Shown piece by piece: positions 1 to 9,396 of a DNA stretch of 64,000 nucleotides. Position numbers and translations under genes: made by a program. Within the stretch, counting starts at the first letter, position 1; each line of letters begins with the position of its first letter. The notes under the pieces are model-generated. The model worked only from the letters and a program-made list of their open reading frames with translations. It did no database searches and had not been told where the DNA came from. The stretch is from Gallionella sp. (lineage in GTDB: Bacteria > Pseudomonadota > Gammaproteobacteria > Burkholderiales > Gallionellaceae), in assembly GCA_013044075.1 (NCBI GenBank), contig JABEVG010000005.1, forward strand, positions 479-64,478, read 5' to 3'.

Positions 1-1446
1 CACGCCGCGCTCACCAACCAGCGTATTCAAACCTTCCGGCCATTCGCGGATGAATTCCATCGCGTGCGCGGCAGTCGCGGCGGCGATGATTTCAGCCTCT
101 GAAACTTCGCGCTCCTGACCATACGCGATGTTGGCGGCGAGGGTGTCGTTGAACAGCACGACCTCTTGGCTGACCAGCGCAATGTTGGAACGCAAGCTCG
201 CCAATGAGAGTTCATTCAGATCGTGGCCATCCAGTGTGATGCGTCCGCTGCTGGGCAAATAGAAACGCGGCACCAGATTGGCGAGCGTGCTTTTTCCCGA
301 TCCGGACGCACCCACCAGTGCCACCGCCTGACCGGCGGGAATCTCCAGACAGATGTCGCGCAAGGCCAAGCGCGGCGCGTCTTGCGCTGCGGCAGCATCA
401 TTTTGATAAGCGAAGGTTAGATGCTCGAAGTGCAACCGTCCGGTGGCGCGACCGATGACCACCGTGCCGGCATCTTGCTCGCTGCGGGTGTCGAGCAGCT
501 CGAACACACTCTCGGCGGCGGCCAGCCCGCGCTGCATGTGTTCGCTGATGCTGGTGAGGCGTTTGATCGGCGCGGTCAGCATCAGCATGGCAGCGACAAA
601 AGACAGGAATCCCCCCACGCTGGTGGCATCGGTCTTGGCTTGCGCCGTGGCGAGGTAAATGATGACGGCCAGCGCAACCGCCGCGACCAGTTGCACCAGC
701 GGCACGTTGGCGGCAGCGGCAGCGGCCTGTTTCATGGCATGACGGCGCATCCAGTTGGTCTCGGTGGTGAAGCGTTGCTCCTCGTAACTTTGCCCGCCGA
801 ACAGCTTGACCACTTTGTGCGCGCCCACGCTTTCCTCGATGACTTGCGTGACGTTGCCCATAGCGCGCTGCGAATCGCGGCTGGAATTGCGCAGGCGGCG
901 GTTAATGGTATAGATGACCAGTGCCACGGCAGGGGTCACGACCAGCGACAGCAGCGTGAGCTTCCAGTTGAGATAGATCAGCCAGCCCAGCAGCCCTGCG
1001 ATGATGATGGAGTCCCGTATGCTGACGGTCACCACGCTGGTTGCCGCCGCCGTGACTTGCGTGACATCGAACGTGAGTTTGGAAATCAGATTGCCGGTCG
1101 CGTGGTTATCGTAATAGTGAGTAGGCAGCGTCAGTAATTTTCGGAACATCTCGCCGCGCAGATCCATCACCACCTTGTTGCCCACCCAGTTGATCGCGTA
1201 AGTCGCCACGAATCCGGCGATGCCGCGCACCAGAAAGATCAGCACGATGATGACGGGTGCCCAGCGTATAACCACGTCGTCCTTGTGCACGAAAGTGCCG
1301 TCCAGCATGGGTTTCAGCAAGGCGGGGAGTAGCGGCTCGGTCGCCGCCGCGATGGCCGTGCCGACGATGGATGCCGCGAACACGCGCCAGTAAGGTTTAA
1401 CGTAAGAAAGGAGACGGAGATAGAGTTGGGTGTTGGTCAGATTCAT
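1..1446 (-). CDS. msbA: Lipid A / lipid export ABC transporter, fused permease-ATPase (MsbA-like). The C-terminal end lies beyond the window start.
   Basis: Not in the ORF track because it runs off the edge. Reverse translation from the ATG (plus-strand cat at 1444-1446) gives MNLTNTQLYLRLLSYVKPYWRV. Reverse translation of about 20-370 gives LEIPAGQAVALVGASGSGKSTLANLVPRFY...ITLDGHDLNELSLASLRSNIALVSQEVVLFNDTLAANIAYG (Walker A and Q-loop region of an ABC exporter). Confidence 0.85.
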   Translation of the reverse strand, partial: MNLTNTQLYLRLLSYVKPYWRVFAASIVGTAIAAATEPLLPALLKPMLDGTFVHKDDVVIRWAPVIIVLIFLVRGIAGFVATYAINWVGNKVVMDLRGEMFRKLLTLPTHYYDNHATGNLISKLTFDVTQVTAAATSVVTVSIRDSIIIAGLLGWLIYLNWKLTLLSLVVTPAVALVIYTINRRLRNSSRDSQRAMGNVTQVIEESVGAHKVVKLFGGQSYEEQRFTTETNWMRRHAMKQAAAAAANVPLVQLVAAVALAVIIYLATAQAKTDATSVGGFLSFVAAMLMLTAPIKRLTSISEHMQRGLAAAESVFELLDTRSEQDAGTVVIGRATGRLHFEHLTFAYQNDAAAAQDAPRLALRDICLEIPAGQAVALVGASGSGKSTLANLVPRFYLPSSGRITLDGHDLNELSLASLRSNIALVSQEVVLFNDTLAANIAYGQEREVSEAEIIAAATAAHAMEFIREWPEGLNTLVGERGV

Positions 1447-1639
1447 GGCGCGCACTTTAGCAGAAATCCCTGGGTTTCAACGGCTGGGCTCGGTGACGCT
1501 GCAGCGAAAAACGACTCAAAATCATGGGTCGCGTGGCGACAGATTCATTTGTACATTCCGGTTTTCCGATATTTTTCTTATTGCTTGACCTGCGTTCGCC
1601 CGCGAACTTCGCCGTGACGCAAAATCGCGATCTGTATGG

Positions 1640-2560
1640 TCATAGTGCAACCACGCCCGGCAGCCGCTTGAAACTCACCGTGCGCAGGGTTGCCACGAAA
1701 TCCTGGATATACGCCGCTTGCGCCACGGTCTCGCTGGTCACCGCATACAGCTCGCCGCGCAAACCGTTTTTTCCGATGCGTTTGCCCACGACATATCCGG
1801 TTTGCAAATAGCTTTGCACCGCCCATTCCGGCAGGGCCGCAATGCCGCGCCGACTGGCGACCAGCTGCAAGATCGCCACCGTCAATTCGGCTGTGCGGCG
1901 TTTTGGGGAAATGCCGCGCGGCTTGAGAAAAAGTCGCACCACATCCAGCATGTCATCCGCCACGGGATAGGTAAGCAGCGTCTCGTCGGCGAAGTCATGC
2001 GGAGTCAAATAGTCGTTCTGCGCCAAAGCATGCAGGCACGACACCAGTGCCACAATTTCAAAACCAAACAGGGGATGAAACATCATGCCGGCGGTATTCT
2101 TTTGTTCCGACACTATCGCCAGTTCGGCGCGATCTTCGCGCAGCAAACCCAATGGATGGGCGTGAAAGCCGGACACCAGATCCAGCTCGACTTCCGGCCA
2201 GTTCTGGCGAAATACGTCCATCGCCGGCATGAGCCATTCGAAGCAAGTGTGGCATTCCACCGCGATGCGCAACTTTCCGGCGCGCCCCTGCACCATTCTC
2301 GCCACATCGCGCTCCGCCTCGCTCACCAAAGCCGCCACATTCTGCGCCAGTGCGTGCAGCCGTTGCCCGGCAGGGGTTAGTCGTAACGGCTGGGATTTCC
2401 GCTCGAACAGCGGCGTGGCGTAATGCGTTTCCAGCTGCTTGATCTGGTGTGACAGCGCGGATTGGGTGAGATGTACGCGCGCTGCCGCGCCCGACAGCGT
2501 GCCGGTTTCAAACAATGCCAGCAGAGTCTGCAAATGGCGTATTTCCAATATGGACAGCAT
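1640..2560 (-). CDS. metR: LysR-family transcriptional activator MetR
   Basis: 306 aa with an N-terminal LysR wHTH (LEIRHLQTLLALFETGTLSGAAARVHLTQSALSHQIKQLE). Divergent from metE across a 90-nt AT-rich spacer, the classical metR-metE layout. Confidence 0.85.
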   Translation of the reverse strand: MLSILEIRHLQTLLALFETGTLSGAAARVHLTQSALSHQIKQLETHYATPLFERKSQPLRLTPAGQRLHALAQNVAALVSEAERDVARMVQGRAGKLRIAVECHTCFEWLMPAMDVFRQNWPEVELDLVSGFHAHPLGLLREDRAELAIVSEQKNTAGMMFHPLFGFEIVALVSCLHALAQNDYLTPHDFADETLLTYPVADDMLDVVRLFLKPRGISPKRRTAELTVAILQLVASRRGIAALPEWAVQSYLQTGYVVGKRIGKNGLRGELYAVTSETVAQAAYIQDFVATLRTVSFKRLPGVVAL

Positions 2561-2650
2561 GAATTTTTATAATGATAAATATAAAAATAATGATTTTGAA
2601 TAATAACCAGTTTTTGTCCATTATGCCAACCCTTGACACCGGAGAAGAAA

Positions 2651-4918
2651 ATGACGATTGCACACAACCTGGGATTTCCGCGCATCGGCGCGCAACGAGA
2701 ATTAAAACAAGCTGTGGAAGCATACTGGAAAGGCAATATCAGTGAGGCGGAACTGCTGTCCGCAGGAAAAAATTTGCGTGCGCGGCACTGGCAGTTGCAA
2801 CGTGATGCCGGTATAGCACTGATCCCCGTCGGTGATTTTGCCTGGTACGACCAGATGCTCAATATGACCGCGCTGCTGGGTGCGACTCCCGCGCGCTTCG
2901 GCTTCAACGGCGCGCTCAGCCTGGCGCAATACTTTCAACTGGCGCGCGGCAATGCGCGGCAGCACGCCATGGAAATGACCAAGTGGTTCGATACCAATTA
3001 TCACTACCTCGTGCCGGAATTTCTCAACACCACCGAATTCACCCTGGGCAGTGAGTGGCTGTTCGACGAAGTCGCCGAGGCGCAAGAGACGGGCATCAAT
3101 GCCAAGCCGGTGCTGATCGGCCCGCTCACCTATCTGTATTTGGGCAAGGAAAAAAATGCCGGTCTGCGCCGCTTGAATCTGCTGCCTGACTTGCTGGTGG
3201 TCTACCGGCAAATCCTCGCGCGTCTAAAGGCTCAAGGCGTGGAATGGTTGCAGATCGACGAGCCGATACTGGCACTCGATTTGCCGCAGGAATGGGTGGA
3301 GGCCGTGCAGCCGGTTTACGCGGCATTGTGCGACGGCGCGCCAAAGATTCTGCTGGCGACTTATTTCGACAGTGTGGCAAACCATGCCGACATGCTGAAA
3401 TCCCTGCCGGTGGCGGGACTGCATATCGACATCGTGCGCGCGCCACAACAGGCCGATGTGTTTGCGCGCAACTATCCGGCGGATAAAATTTTGTCGGCAG
3501 GCATCGTGGACGGGCGAAATATCTGGCGCAACAACCTCGCGGCCTCACTGCAAGTGTTGAATGGCTTGCGCGAAACATTGGGCGATCAATTGTGGATCGC
3601 GCCCAGCTGCTCTCTGCTGCACGTCCCGGTGGATTTGGAGCAAGAAATCAAACTCGATAAAACCATCAAGAGCTGGATGGCGTTTGCCACGCAGAAATTG
3701 GGCGAAGTCGTGACGCTGGCGGTGGGGCTTCAACACGGCAAAGAAAGTATCGCGCCACAATTGGCGAAATCGCATACGGCGGGACAAAGCCGTGTCTATT
3801 CGCCGCTGATTTTTAACCGCGAGGTGCGGCAACGCGTCAGCAGCCTAAAATCCCCGGATGACAGGCGCGCATCGCCTTTCGCGAAGCGCATCGCCGCGCA
3901 GCAGGAAAAACTCAAACTTCCGTCTTTCCCCACCACGACCATAGGCTCGTTCCCGCAAACGGCGGAAATTCGCCAAACGCGCGCCGCTTACAAGCAAGGC
4001 AAATTAAGCGACGCGGACTATCAGGCAGCGATGCAAGCCGAGATCCGCCATGCGGTGCAAGTGCAGGAATCGCTGGGGCTGGATGTCCTGGTACACGGTG
4101 AGGCAGAGCGCAACGACATGGTGGAATACTTCGGCGAACAATTGCAGGGTTTCTGCTTCACCGAGTTTGGCTGGGTGCAGAGCTACGGGTCGCGTTGCGT
4201 CAAACCGCCGGTTATTTACGGCGACGTGTCGCGCCCGAAACCGATGACGGCGGAATGGAGCCGCTACGCGCAAAGCCTCACCGGAAAACCCATGAAAGGC
4301 ATGCTGACCGGCCCTATCACCATTCTGCAATGGTCGTTCGTGCGCAACGACATTGCGCGCGCCGACACAGCACTGCAAATAGCACTCGCCATTCGCGATG
4401 AGGTGCAAGATCTGGAGCGGGCCGGCATCACCATCATTCAAATAGACGAGGCTGCGCTGCGCGAAGGCTTGCCCATCAAGCGCGCAGACTGGTCGTATTA
4501 CCTCGAATGGTCGGTGCGCGCCTTCCGCGTCGCCACCAGCGGTGTGGCGGACACGACGCAAATTCACACGCATATGTGTTACTCGGAATTCAACGATATT
4601 CTGCCCGCCATCGCGGCGATGGATGCAGATGTGATTACCATCGAGACCTCGCGCTCGGATATGGAGCTGTTGGATGCTTTCCGCGCCTTCAAGTATCCCA
4701 ACGACATCGGGCCGGGCGTGTACGACATCCACTCGCCGCGCGTGCCTAGTAAAGAGGAAATGTTGAGACTGATGCGCAAGGCCAGCGCCGTGATTCCGCG
4801 CGAACGGCTGTGGATCAACCCCGACTGCGGCCTGAAGACACGCGGCTGGGCAGAGGTCGAAGCGGCACTTAAAAACATGGTGTCCGTCGCGCATGAATTA
4901 CGCAGTGCCCGCGCTTAG
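2651..4918 (+). CDS. metE: Cobalamin-independent methionine synthase (5-methyltetrahydropteroyltriglutamate-homocysteine S-methyltransferase)
   Basis: ATG at 2651 follows GGAGAAG; the ORF-track start at 2633 is a [31 protein letters not shown] begins a two-domain MetE of about 755 aa, with C-terminal HTHMCYSEF and NPDCGLKTR zinc-site regions. Confidence 0.95.
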   Translation: MTIAHNLGFPRIGAQRELKQAVEAYWKGNISEAELLSAGKNLRARHWQLQRDAGIALIPVGDFAWYDQMLNMTALLGATPARFGFNGALSLAQYFQLARGNARQHAMEMTKWFDTNYHYLVPEFLNTTEFTLGSEWLFDEVAEAQETGINAKPVLIGPLTYLYLGKEKNAGLRRLNLLPDLLVVYRQILARLKAQGVEWLQIDEPILALDLPQEWVEAVQPVYAALCDGAPKILLATYFDSVANHADMLKSLPVAGLHIDIVRAPQQADVFARNYPADKILSAGIVDGRNIWRNNLAASLQVLNGLRETLGDQLWIAPSCSLLHVPVDLEQEIKLDKTIKSWMAFATQKLGEVVTLAVGLQHGKESIAPQLAKSHTAGQSRVYSPLIFNREVRQRVSSLKSPDDRRASPFAKRIAAQQEKLKLPSFPTTTIGSFPQTAEIRQTRAAYKQGKLSDADYQAAMQAEIRHAVQVQESLGLDVLVHGEAERNDMVEYFGEQLQGFCFTEFGWVQSYGSRCVKPPVIYGDVSRPKPMTAEWSRYAQSLTGKPMKGMLTGPITILQWSFVRNDIARADTALQIALAIRDEVQDLERAGITIIQIDEAALREGLPIKRADWSYYLEWSVRAFRVATSGVADTTQIHTHMCYSEFNDILPAIAAMDADVITIETSRSDMELLDAFRAFKYPNDIGPGVYDIHSPRVPSKEEMLRLMRKASAVIPRERLWINPDCGLKTRGWAEVEAALKNMVSVAHELRSARA

Positions 4919-5249
4919 GGCGGGCTATACACACAGCGAAACAAACATCATCTTGCCCGCCCTGGTGGGGGTGTACGAATGGGAGCGGGCGGACGTGCGT
5001 CCGCTCGTTTTTTGTTTGCGAATAGACAGTGCTCAGCCGCTGACTCTGAGCCGTGCGTTGATTGAACAGCGGCTGGTGCGATGGCTTGCGCCGTGCCGTT
5101 ATCGGCTGTTGGAAGCCTTGGCGGAACACCTGGTACAAAAGATGCGCGGCGAATGGCACTGCAAGCGGATTGTCCTGGAGATTGAGAAACCGGATGCATT
5201 AGGCAAGTTGGCGCGGGTCGGTGTCCGCATCACGCGACACGTCGGTTAG
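4893..5249 (+). CDS. Dihydroneopterin aldolase (FolB/FolX) family protein, divergent
   Basis: 118 aa. [21 protein letters not shown] and [14 protein letters not shown]...[23 protein letters not shown] align with E. coli FolB (IGVYDWEQTIEQKLVFDIEM and LVERVAEEVAELLL...IKLSKPGAVARAANVGVIIER). Overlaps the metE 3' end by 26 nt. Confidence 0.6.
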   Translation: MNYAVPALRAGYTHSETNIILPALVGVYEWERADVRPLVFCLRIDSAQPLTLSRALIEQRLVRWLAPCRYRLLEALAEHLVQKMRGEWHCKRIVLEIEKPDALGKLARVGVRITRHVG

Positions 5250-5312
5250 ATGTGTTGCGTGATGCGGCGATAAGCAGCGGATGCAATGAGCAATGCGGGA
5301 CAATGCCCGTCG

Positions 5313-5912
5313 TTACAAATCTATGCCCGGCTGGGCGCGGATTCCGGCGCGAAATGCATGTTTGACATCTTGAATCTCACTGACGGTATCCGCCATTTCC
5401 AGAAGACAGGCCGGTGCGGCGCGACCGGTGACAACGACGTGCTGTGTGGCAGGGCGCGCGGCCAGATCAGTGCAGACTTGCTGTGCATCAAGATAGCCGT
5501 AATTCAACAAATAAGTGAGTTCGTCGAGTATGACCAGATGCAAGGAGGCATCCGCCAACAGGCCTTGTGCGACCTGCCAGCCGCGTCGCGCGGAAGCGAT
5601 GTCCGCCTCGCGATTCTGCGTGTCCCAAGTAAAACCGTCGCCCAACACATGCCATTGCACAGTGGGCTGGTTGCCGAGGAATTTTTCTTCGCCGGTATCG
5701 CGGCGACTTTTGAGGAACTGTGCTACACCGACCTTGTGTCCGTAGCCCAAAGTGCGCGCCACCATGCCGAACGCGGAGCTGGATTTTCCTTTGCCGTTAC
5801 CGGTGAGGATCAACAATAAACCCTTGTCATGTTGGGCTTGTGCGATAGCCGCATCGACCACCGCTTTTTTGCGCGCCATACGCTGCCGATGCCGCGCATC
5901 ATCCTCTGTCAT
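5313..5912 (-). CDS. cobO: Cob(I)yrinic acid a,c-diamide / cob(I)alamin adenosyltransferase
   Basis: 199 aa. TGNGKGKSSSAFG P-loop, FTWDTQNREADI, VILDELTY and KHAFRAGIRAQPGIDL are nearly collinear with E. coli BtuR/CobO. Confidence 0.9.
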   Translation of the reverse strand: MTEDDARHRQRMARKKAVVDAAIAQAQHDKGLLLILTGNGKGKSSSAFGMVARTLGYGHKVGVAQFLKSRRDTGEEKFLGNQPTVQWHVLGDGFTWDTQNREADIASARRGWQVAQGLLADASLHLVILDELTYLLNYGYLDAQQVCTDLAARPATQHVVVTGRAAPACLLEMADTVSEIQDVKHAFRAGIRAQPGIDL

Positions 5913-5915
5913 GGT

Positions 5916-6482
5916 TTATTGCACGGCTGGGTGTCGGGCGTTGTCGTGATGTGTGAGCAAGGCATGCAGTAGAACGGCAGGAACGAGATACATCAGCGCA
6001 CTGGTCAAATAGGGCAGATAGTATCGCGCGATATTGCCCGCGTATTGCACCACATCCGTGCCGGTGTAGCGACCGGAAAATTCGTAGAACGTGATATTGG
6101 AGATCACAAATGCCGCGCTTGTGGCGACGCAGGCGATCAGCGTGAACAAGCCCAATCCGCGCCATGTCCGGCTGTGTTGGGTGGCATAGAATCGCCCGGC
6201 GTAGAACAGCACCGCATAGGTCGGGATCAGAAACCAATAAGCAGGCGAAAAACACCAGTCACTGATACCGGCGTAGTTGAGCGCAAAGTAATCCGCCAGT
6301 CCCGCCACCACCAGCAAGGCGGGGAACGCGAACGGCGGCAAATAAAATCCGGCCAGCAAAAATACCGCCAGAGAGGCATCGGGCAGATGGGTGAGTGAAT
6401 CGAAATGATGCGAGCGGGTCGCCGCCATCAGCAGGATCAACAGCGCGCCCAGCGCGAGAGATTTTTTGTGTGCGGTATTCAT
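5916..6482 (-). CDS. Small polytopic membrane protein, candidate BtuM-type (ECF S-component-like) cobalamin transporter
   Basis: 188 aa counted from the ATG at 6482, which follows AAGGA; the ORF-track N-terminal extension is discarded. About 6 hydrophobic segments. Sits between btuB and cobO behind the B12 riboswitch, with only 3 nt to the cobO start. Conserved-looking Cys77 in ISDWCFSPAYWF and His25/His26. Confidence 0.45.
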   Translation of the reverse strand: MNTAHKKSLALGALLILLMAATRSHHFDSLTHLPDASLAVFLLAGFYLPPFAFPALLVVAGLADYFALNYAGISDWCFSPAYWFLIPTYAVLFYAGRFYATQHSRTWRGLGLFTLIACVATSAAFVISNITFYEFSGRYTGTDVVQYAGNIARYYLPYLTSALMYLVPAVLLHALLTHHDNARHPAVQ

Positions 6483-6579
6483 CTTGACGTTCCTTGTACA
6501 TTGAAAACGAGACACGCCCACCTTATCACAAAGGCGGGCGTGTTTCAGCATAGCTGCAAGCAACTGCTCGACGATGCCG

Positions 6580-8442
6580 TTATTGCTGGTAGTTCAATCC
6601 CACGAACAGCGTGCGTCCCAGCGTGTTGTAGCCATATACCTCGGAATAATTGCGATTGAACAGATTGTCCACGCGCGCCAACAGGTTCAAGTGTTTGTCG
6701 ATGGTGTAGCGCGAGGTCAGATTGAGCAAAGAGTAACTCGGCAAGGTGACTGCCGTATTCGCAAAGGTATTAGTATTGTAGTAAAAATCTTGGCGCGCAC
6801 CGCTGTAACGCACTTCCGCGCCCATGTTCCATAACCCCAAATCATGCGATGCGGCAATGTCGCCAAATTGTCTGGCGCGACGAGGCAGGATCAGGCCGGT
6901 CGTGGCATCGCGCGGATCCTGGAAGGTCATGTGAGCTTGCAAATGCTTGTTGCCGAAATCACCCGCATAGCTCAATTCCTGCCCGGTGATTTGCGCTTGG
7001 TTAATGTTGATCATCGTGGTTCCAATGCTATTGCCAGCAATCAAATCATGGATGCGATTATCAAAATACACCGCGTCCACGCGGTGTCCATTTTCAGCAT
7101 AGTGCAGACCGACTTCCTGATTCTGCGAGCGTTCAGGTTTCAGGTTTGGATTGCCCTGATAACCAAACTGCAACGGCCAATACATATCATTGAAGGTCGG
7201 TGCTTTGAAGGCATTGCTGATGCTGGCCGTGGCACGCCAGCGATCTGCGAAGGACAGTCCATAGCCGAGCAAGCCGGTATTGGCCGTGCCGAAATCCGAG
7301 TAGTTATCCTGACGCGCATTGAGTTGCACTTGCTGCGCGCCATACTCGCCGGTATAGCCACCCAGCACGCTGTTCACGGTGCGTGTGGTTTGCGTATAAA
7401 GCGTATCGGAAGAAACCGCCTGTGCCAGACGTTCAGCCGACAAACTTAGCTGTTGCCCATCCGCAATTTTGAGATTGTTCTGCCAGGCGAGTTGGTTGTT
7501 CTGGGTTTGAAAATGGTAACCATTCGGATCAGGCGCACCGTTAAGGTAAGTATGGCTGTCGTCAACCCCCTGCGCCAGACGCACCTGGCTATGCCACATC
7601 GCGCTGATTTGATCGTCAGAAGCCAGTGAGATTTTGTCGATATTTTCTACGGTATTGTTAACATCAGTAGTTGCCAAATTGTACTGATTGTCAAATGAGA
7701 TATTGCCGCGTGTACTGAACACCGAAGCTGATAAAGCATGATCGGCATTGAACGCATGTTTGATTTGCGCATCCAGCGTGTTGTTGTCATAGCCGTTGTT
7801 GTTGGGATTGGCACCGGGCAATAACAGCGGGTTAATGGCCGACACGTTATCGGTTTTGACGTGACCGGCATTCACGCTGAATGAGGTGTCATTCACAGCA
7901 CCGGAGAATCCCGCCGACATACGCTGCATGCCGTAACTACCGACACCCACACTCCCATTGAAAGCCGGCGTACCCGAGCCATGTTTGGTGAACAACTGGA
8001 TCACGCCGCCTATGGCTTCGGAACCATACAGACTGCTGAAATTGCCTCGTACCACTTCGATACGCTCTATGCTATCCAGCATGATGTGCTCGAGTGCGGT
8101 CGTTCCCGTTGTGGCGGAGTCGATACGTACGCCGTCTATCAATACCAGTACTTGGGTAGAACTGGTCCCGCGCATGCCGATGCTGGACTGCGCACCCAAG
8201 CCGCCAGACTGCACGACCTCGACACCCGCCAGCGAACGCAACAGCGTCTCCACATCGGGCGCGCCGGAGTTGCGTATCTCTTGCTCGTTCAGCACGGTGG
8301 TGTCGGCGATGGTTTTGTTCAAGGCCTGCGGCAGGCGTGTCGCGGTGACGACGACCTCCTCTGAGTCGGGCGTGTCCGCATAAACGGCGATAGGAAGCGT
8401 GATCGCACCGAACAGCGCGAGTGTAATTAGTTTTTGTTTCAT
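6580..8442 (-). CDS. btuB: TonB-dependent outer-membrane cobalamin receptor
   Basis: ATG at 8442 follows AGGA. Signal peptide MKQKLITLALFGAITLPIAVYA, TonB box EEVVVTATR, plug domain (IERIEVVRGNFSSLYGSEAIGGVIQLFTK), and a C-terminal barrel ending TLFVGLNYQQ. Preceded by a cobalamin riboswitch. Confidence 0.9.
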   Translation of the reverse strand: MKQKLITLALFGAITLPIAVYADTPDSEEVVVTATRLPQALNKTIADTTVLNEQEIRNSGAPDVETLLRSLAGVEVVQSGGLGAQSSIGMRGTSSTQVLVLIDGVRIDSATTGTTALEHIMLDSIERIEVVRGNFSSLYGSEAIGGVIQLFTKHGSGTPAFNGSVGVGSYGMQRMSAGFSGAVNDTSFSVNAGHVKTDNVSAINPLLLPGANPNNNGYDNNTLDAQIKHAFNADHALSASVFSTRGNISFDNQYNLATTDVNNTVENIDKISLASDDQISAMWHSQVRLAQGVDDSHTYLNGAPDPNGYHFQTQNNQLAWQNNLKIADGQQLSLSAERLAQAVSSDTLYTQTTRTVNSVLGGYTGEYGAQQVQLNARQDNYSDFGTANTGLLGYGLSFADRWRATASISNAFKAPTFNDMYWPLQFGYQGNPNLKPERSQNQEVGLHYAENGHRVDAVYFDNRIHDLIAGNSIGTTMININQAQITGQELSYAGDFGNKHLQAHMTFQDPRDATTGLILPRRARQFGDIAASHDLGLWNMGAEVRYSGARQDFYYNTNTFANTAVTLPSYSLLNLTSRYTIDKHLNLLARVDNLFNRNYSEVYGYNTLGRTLFVGLNYQQ

Positions 8443-8599
8443 GGTCGATTCCTGAGTCAGTTCCAAGCGTCCCCGCTGGAACGTTAAAATTCAGGAAATG
8501 CGACGAGTGTGATAAACAGAACAGAGGGCTGCAAAGACATCCCTCCCCCTCGCCCGTAGGACGAGGATTTGTTTGGATGCGCCACCCGCAGCATCTCCT

Positions 8600-8780
8600 C
8601 CTTTGCTCTCAGGCCGGTATCCGGGCTCACAAGTCTTGCTGCGTCACCTTCCCATGCTTGCGCACAGTGGCATATCGACGCAGCCGCACTCACTCACCGT
8701 TGCGGGGGCAGCACAGGCATCACACCTGTTTCCCGTTTAACCGCACGACTTGCATCGCGCGGCACCTCAAAGCGGCGCGC
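8600..8780 (-). promoter_or_regulatory. Cobalamin (B12) riboswitch in the btuB leader
   Basis: Minus strand reads GGUGCCGCGCGAUGCAAGUCGUGCGGUUAAACGGGAAACAGGUGUGAUGCCUGUGCUGCCCCCGCAACGGUGAG...AUAUGCCACUGUGCGCAAGCAUGGGAAGGUGACG...AGCCCGGAUACCGGCC. It contains the B12 box GCCACUG (plus-strand cagtggc at 8665-8671), the GGGAA core and the closing AGCCCGGAUACCGGCC. About 130 nt of expression platform follow, with hairpins before the btuB SD. Confidence 0.85.
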
Positions 8781-8852
8781 ACCTTAACACAGGCATGACC
8801 ACACGCCAAATTCAAGTGATTACAAAATGCTTGTACAAAACAGTCTTAGCGT

Positions 8853-8882
8853 TTGACTTATCAGCACTTTTCAAACTATAGT
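8853..8882 (+). promoter_or_regulatory. Candidate sigma70 promoter for zapB-zapA-ssrS
   Basis: TTGACT (8853-8858), an 18-nt spacer, then TATAGT (8877-8882). The predicted +1 coincides with the A of the ATG at 8889. Confidence 0.4.
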
Positions 8883-8888
8883 CCGAGC

Positions 8889-9092
8889 ATGGAAAGCCAA
8901 TTGCATGCACTCGAAATCAAACTCGCCCAACTGATCGCGATGAGCGGAAAGTTGCGTGCGGAAAATCACCAATTGCGCCAGGACTTGGCCCAAGCACAAA
9001 GCAGCAACCGCCAGTTGGGCGACAAAATGGACATCGCGAAAGAACGCTTGGAAAGACTGCTCAATAATCTACCGGACGAAGCGCATGAGTGA
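8889..9092 (+). CDS. zapB: Small coiled-coil cell-division protein, ZapB-like
   Basis: 67 aa from the ATG at 8889 (MESQLHALEIKLAQLIAMSGKLRAENHQLRQDLAQAQSSNRQLGDKMDIAKERLERLL), a heptad coiled coil. Sits directly upstream of zapA and overlaps it by 8 nt. Confidence 0.65.
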   Translation: MESQLHALEIKLAQLIAMSGKLRAENHQLRQDLAQAQSSNRQLGDKMDIAKERLERLLNNLPDEAHE

Positions 9093-9396
9093 CGCGATCA
9101 AGACCCTGGAAATCAAACTGCTGGATCGCGAATTGCGCGTCGCCTGCCCCGAAAACGAACGCGGCGAATTGCTCGATGCGGTAGCCTTTCTGGATAAGAA
9201 GATGCGCGAGATACGCGATGCGGGCAAGATCGCCAGCGTCGAGCGTATCGCGCTGATGGCAGCACTCAACATTACCCACGAGTTGCTCAAAACCAAAGTC
9301 GGTCGGGGTTTTGACCTGGCCGAGTTTGCGCGTAGAATGGACACCATGCAGGCAGCGATCGATACGGCGATAGCCGAACAAGACACGCTGTTCTAG
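9085..9396 (+). CDS. zapA: Cell division protein ZapA
   Basis: 103 aa from the ATG at 9085: MSDAIKTLEIKLLDRELRVACPENERGELLDAVAFLDKKMREIRDAGKIASVERIALMAALNITHELL. Followed by 6S RNA, as in E. coli. Confidence 0.9.
   Translation: MSDAIKTLEIKLLDRELRVACPENERGELLDAVAFLDKKMREIRDAGKIASVERIALMAALNITHELLKTKVGRGFDLAEFARRMDTMQAAIDTAIAEQDTLF

Noticed and set aside
1447-1640. Palindrome GTTCGCCCGCGAAC and a TTGAAA-N15-TAAAGT promoter-like element between metR and msbA.
   Set aside because: The hairpin has no U-tract and the promoter spacing is short. This is plausible as a weak metR terminator and msbA promoter, but support is too weak to report as features.
2561-2650. Possible cobalamin or SAM riboswitch in the metE leader, and similarly a SAM riboswitch upstream of metK (46953-47003).
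   Set aside because: The leaders are only about 90 nt and about 50 nt, AT-rich, and lack any B12-box or SAM-aptamer helices. The metE spacer looks like a plain divergent MetR-controlled promoter region.
8521-8560. G-run cluster (GGGCGAGGGGGAGGG on the minus strand) in the btuB leader as a G-quadruplex switch.
   Set aside because: It is more simply explained as one arm of the hairpin CCUCGUCC-uac-GGGCGAGG in the riboswitch expression platform. There are too few clean G-tracts to argue for a quadruplex from sequence alone.
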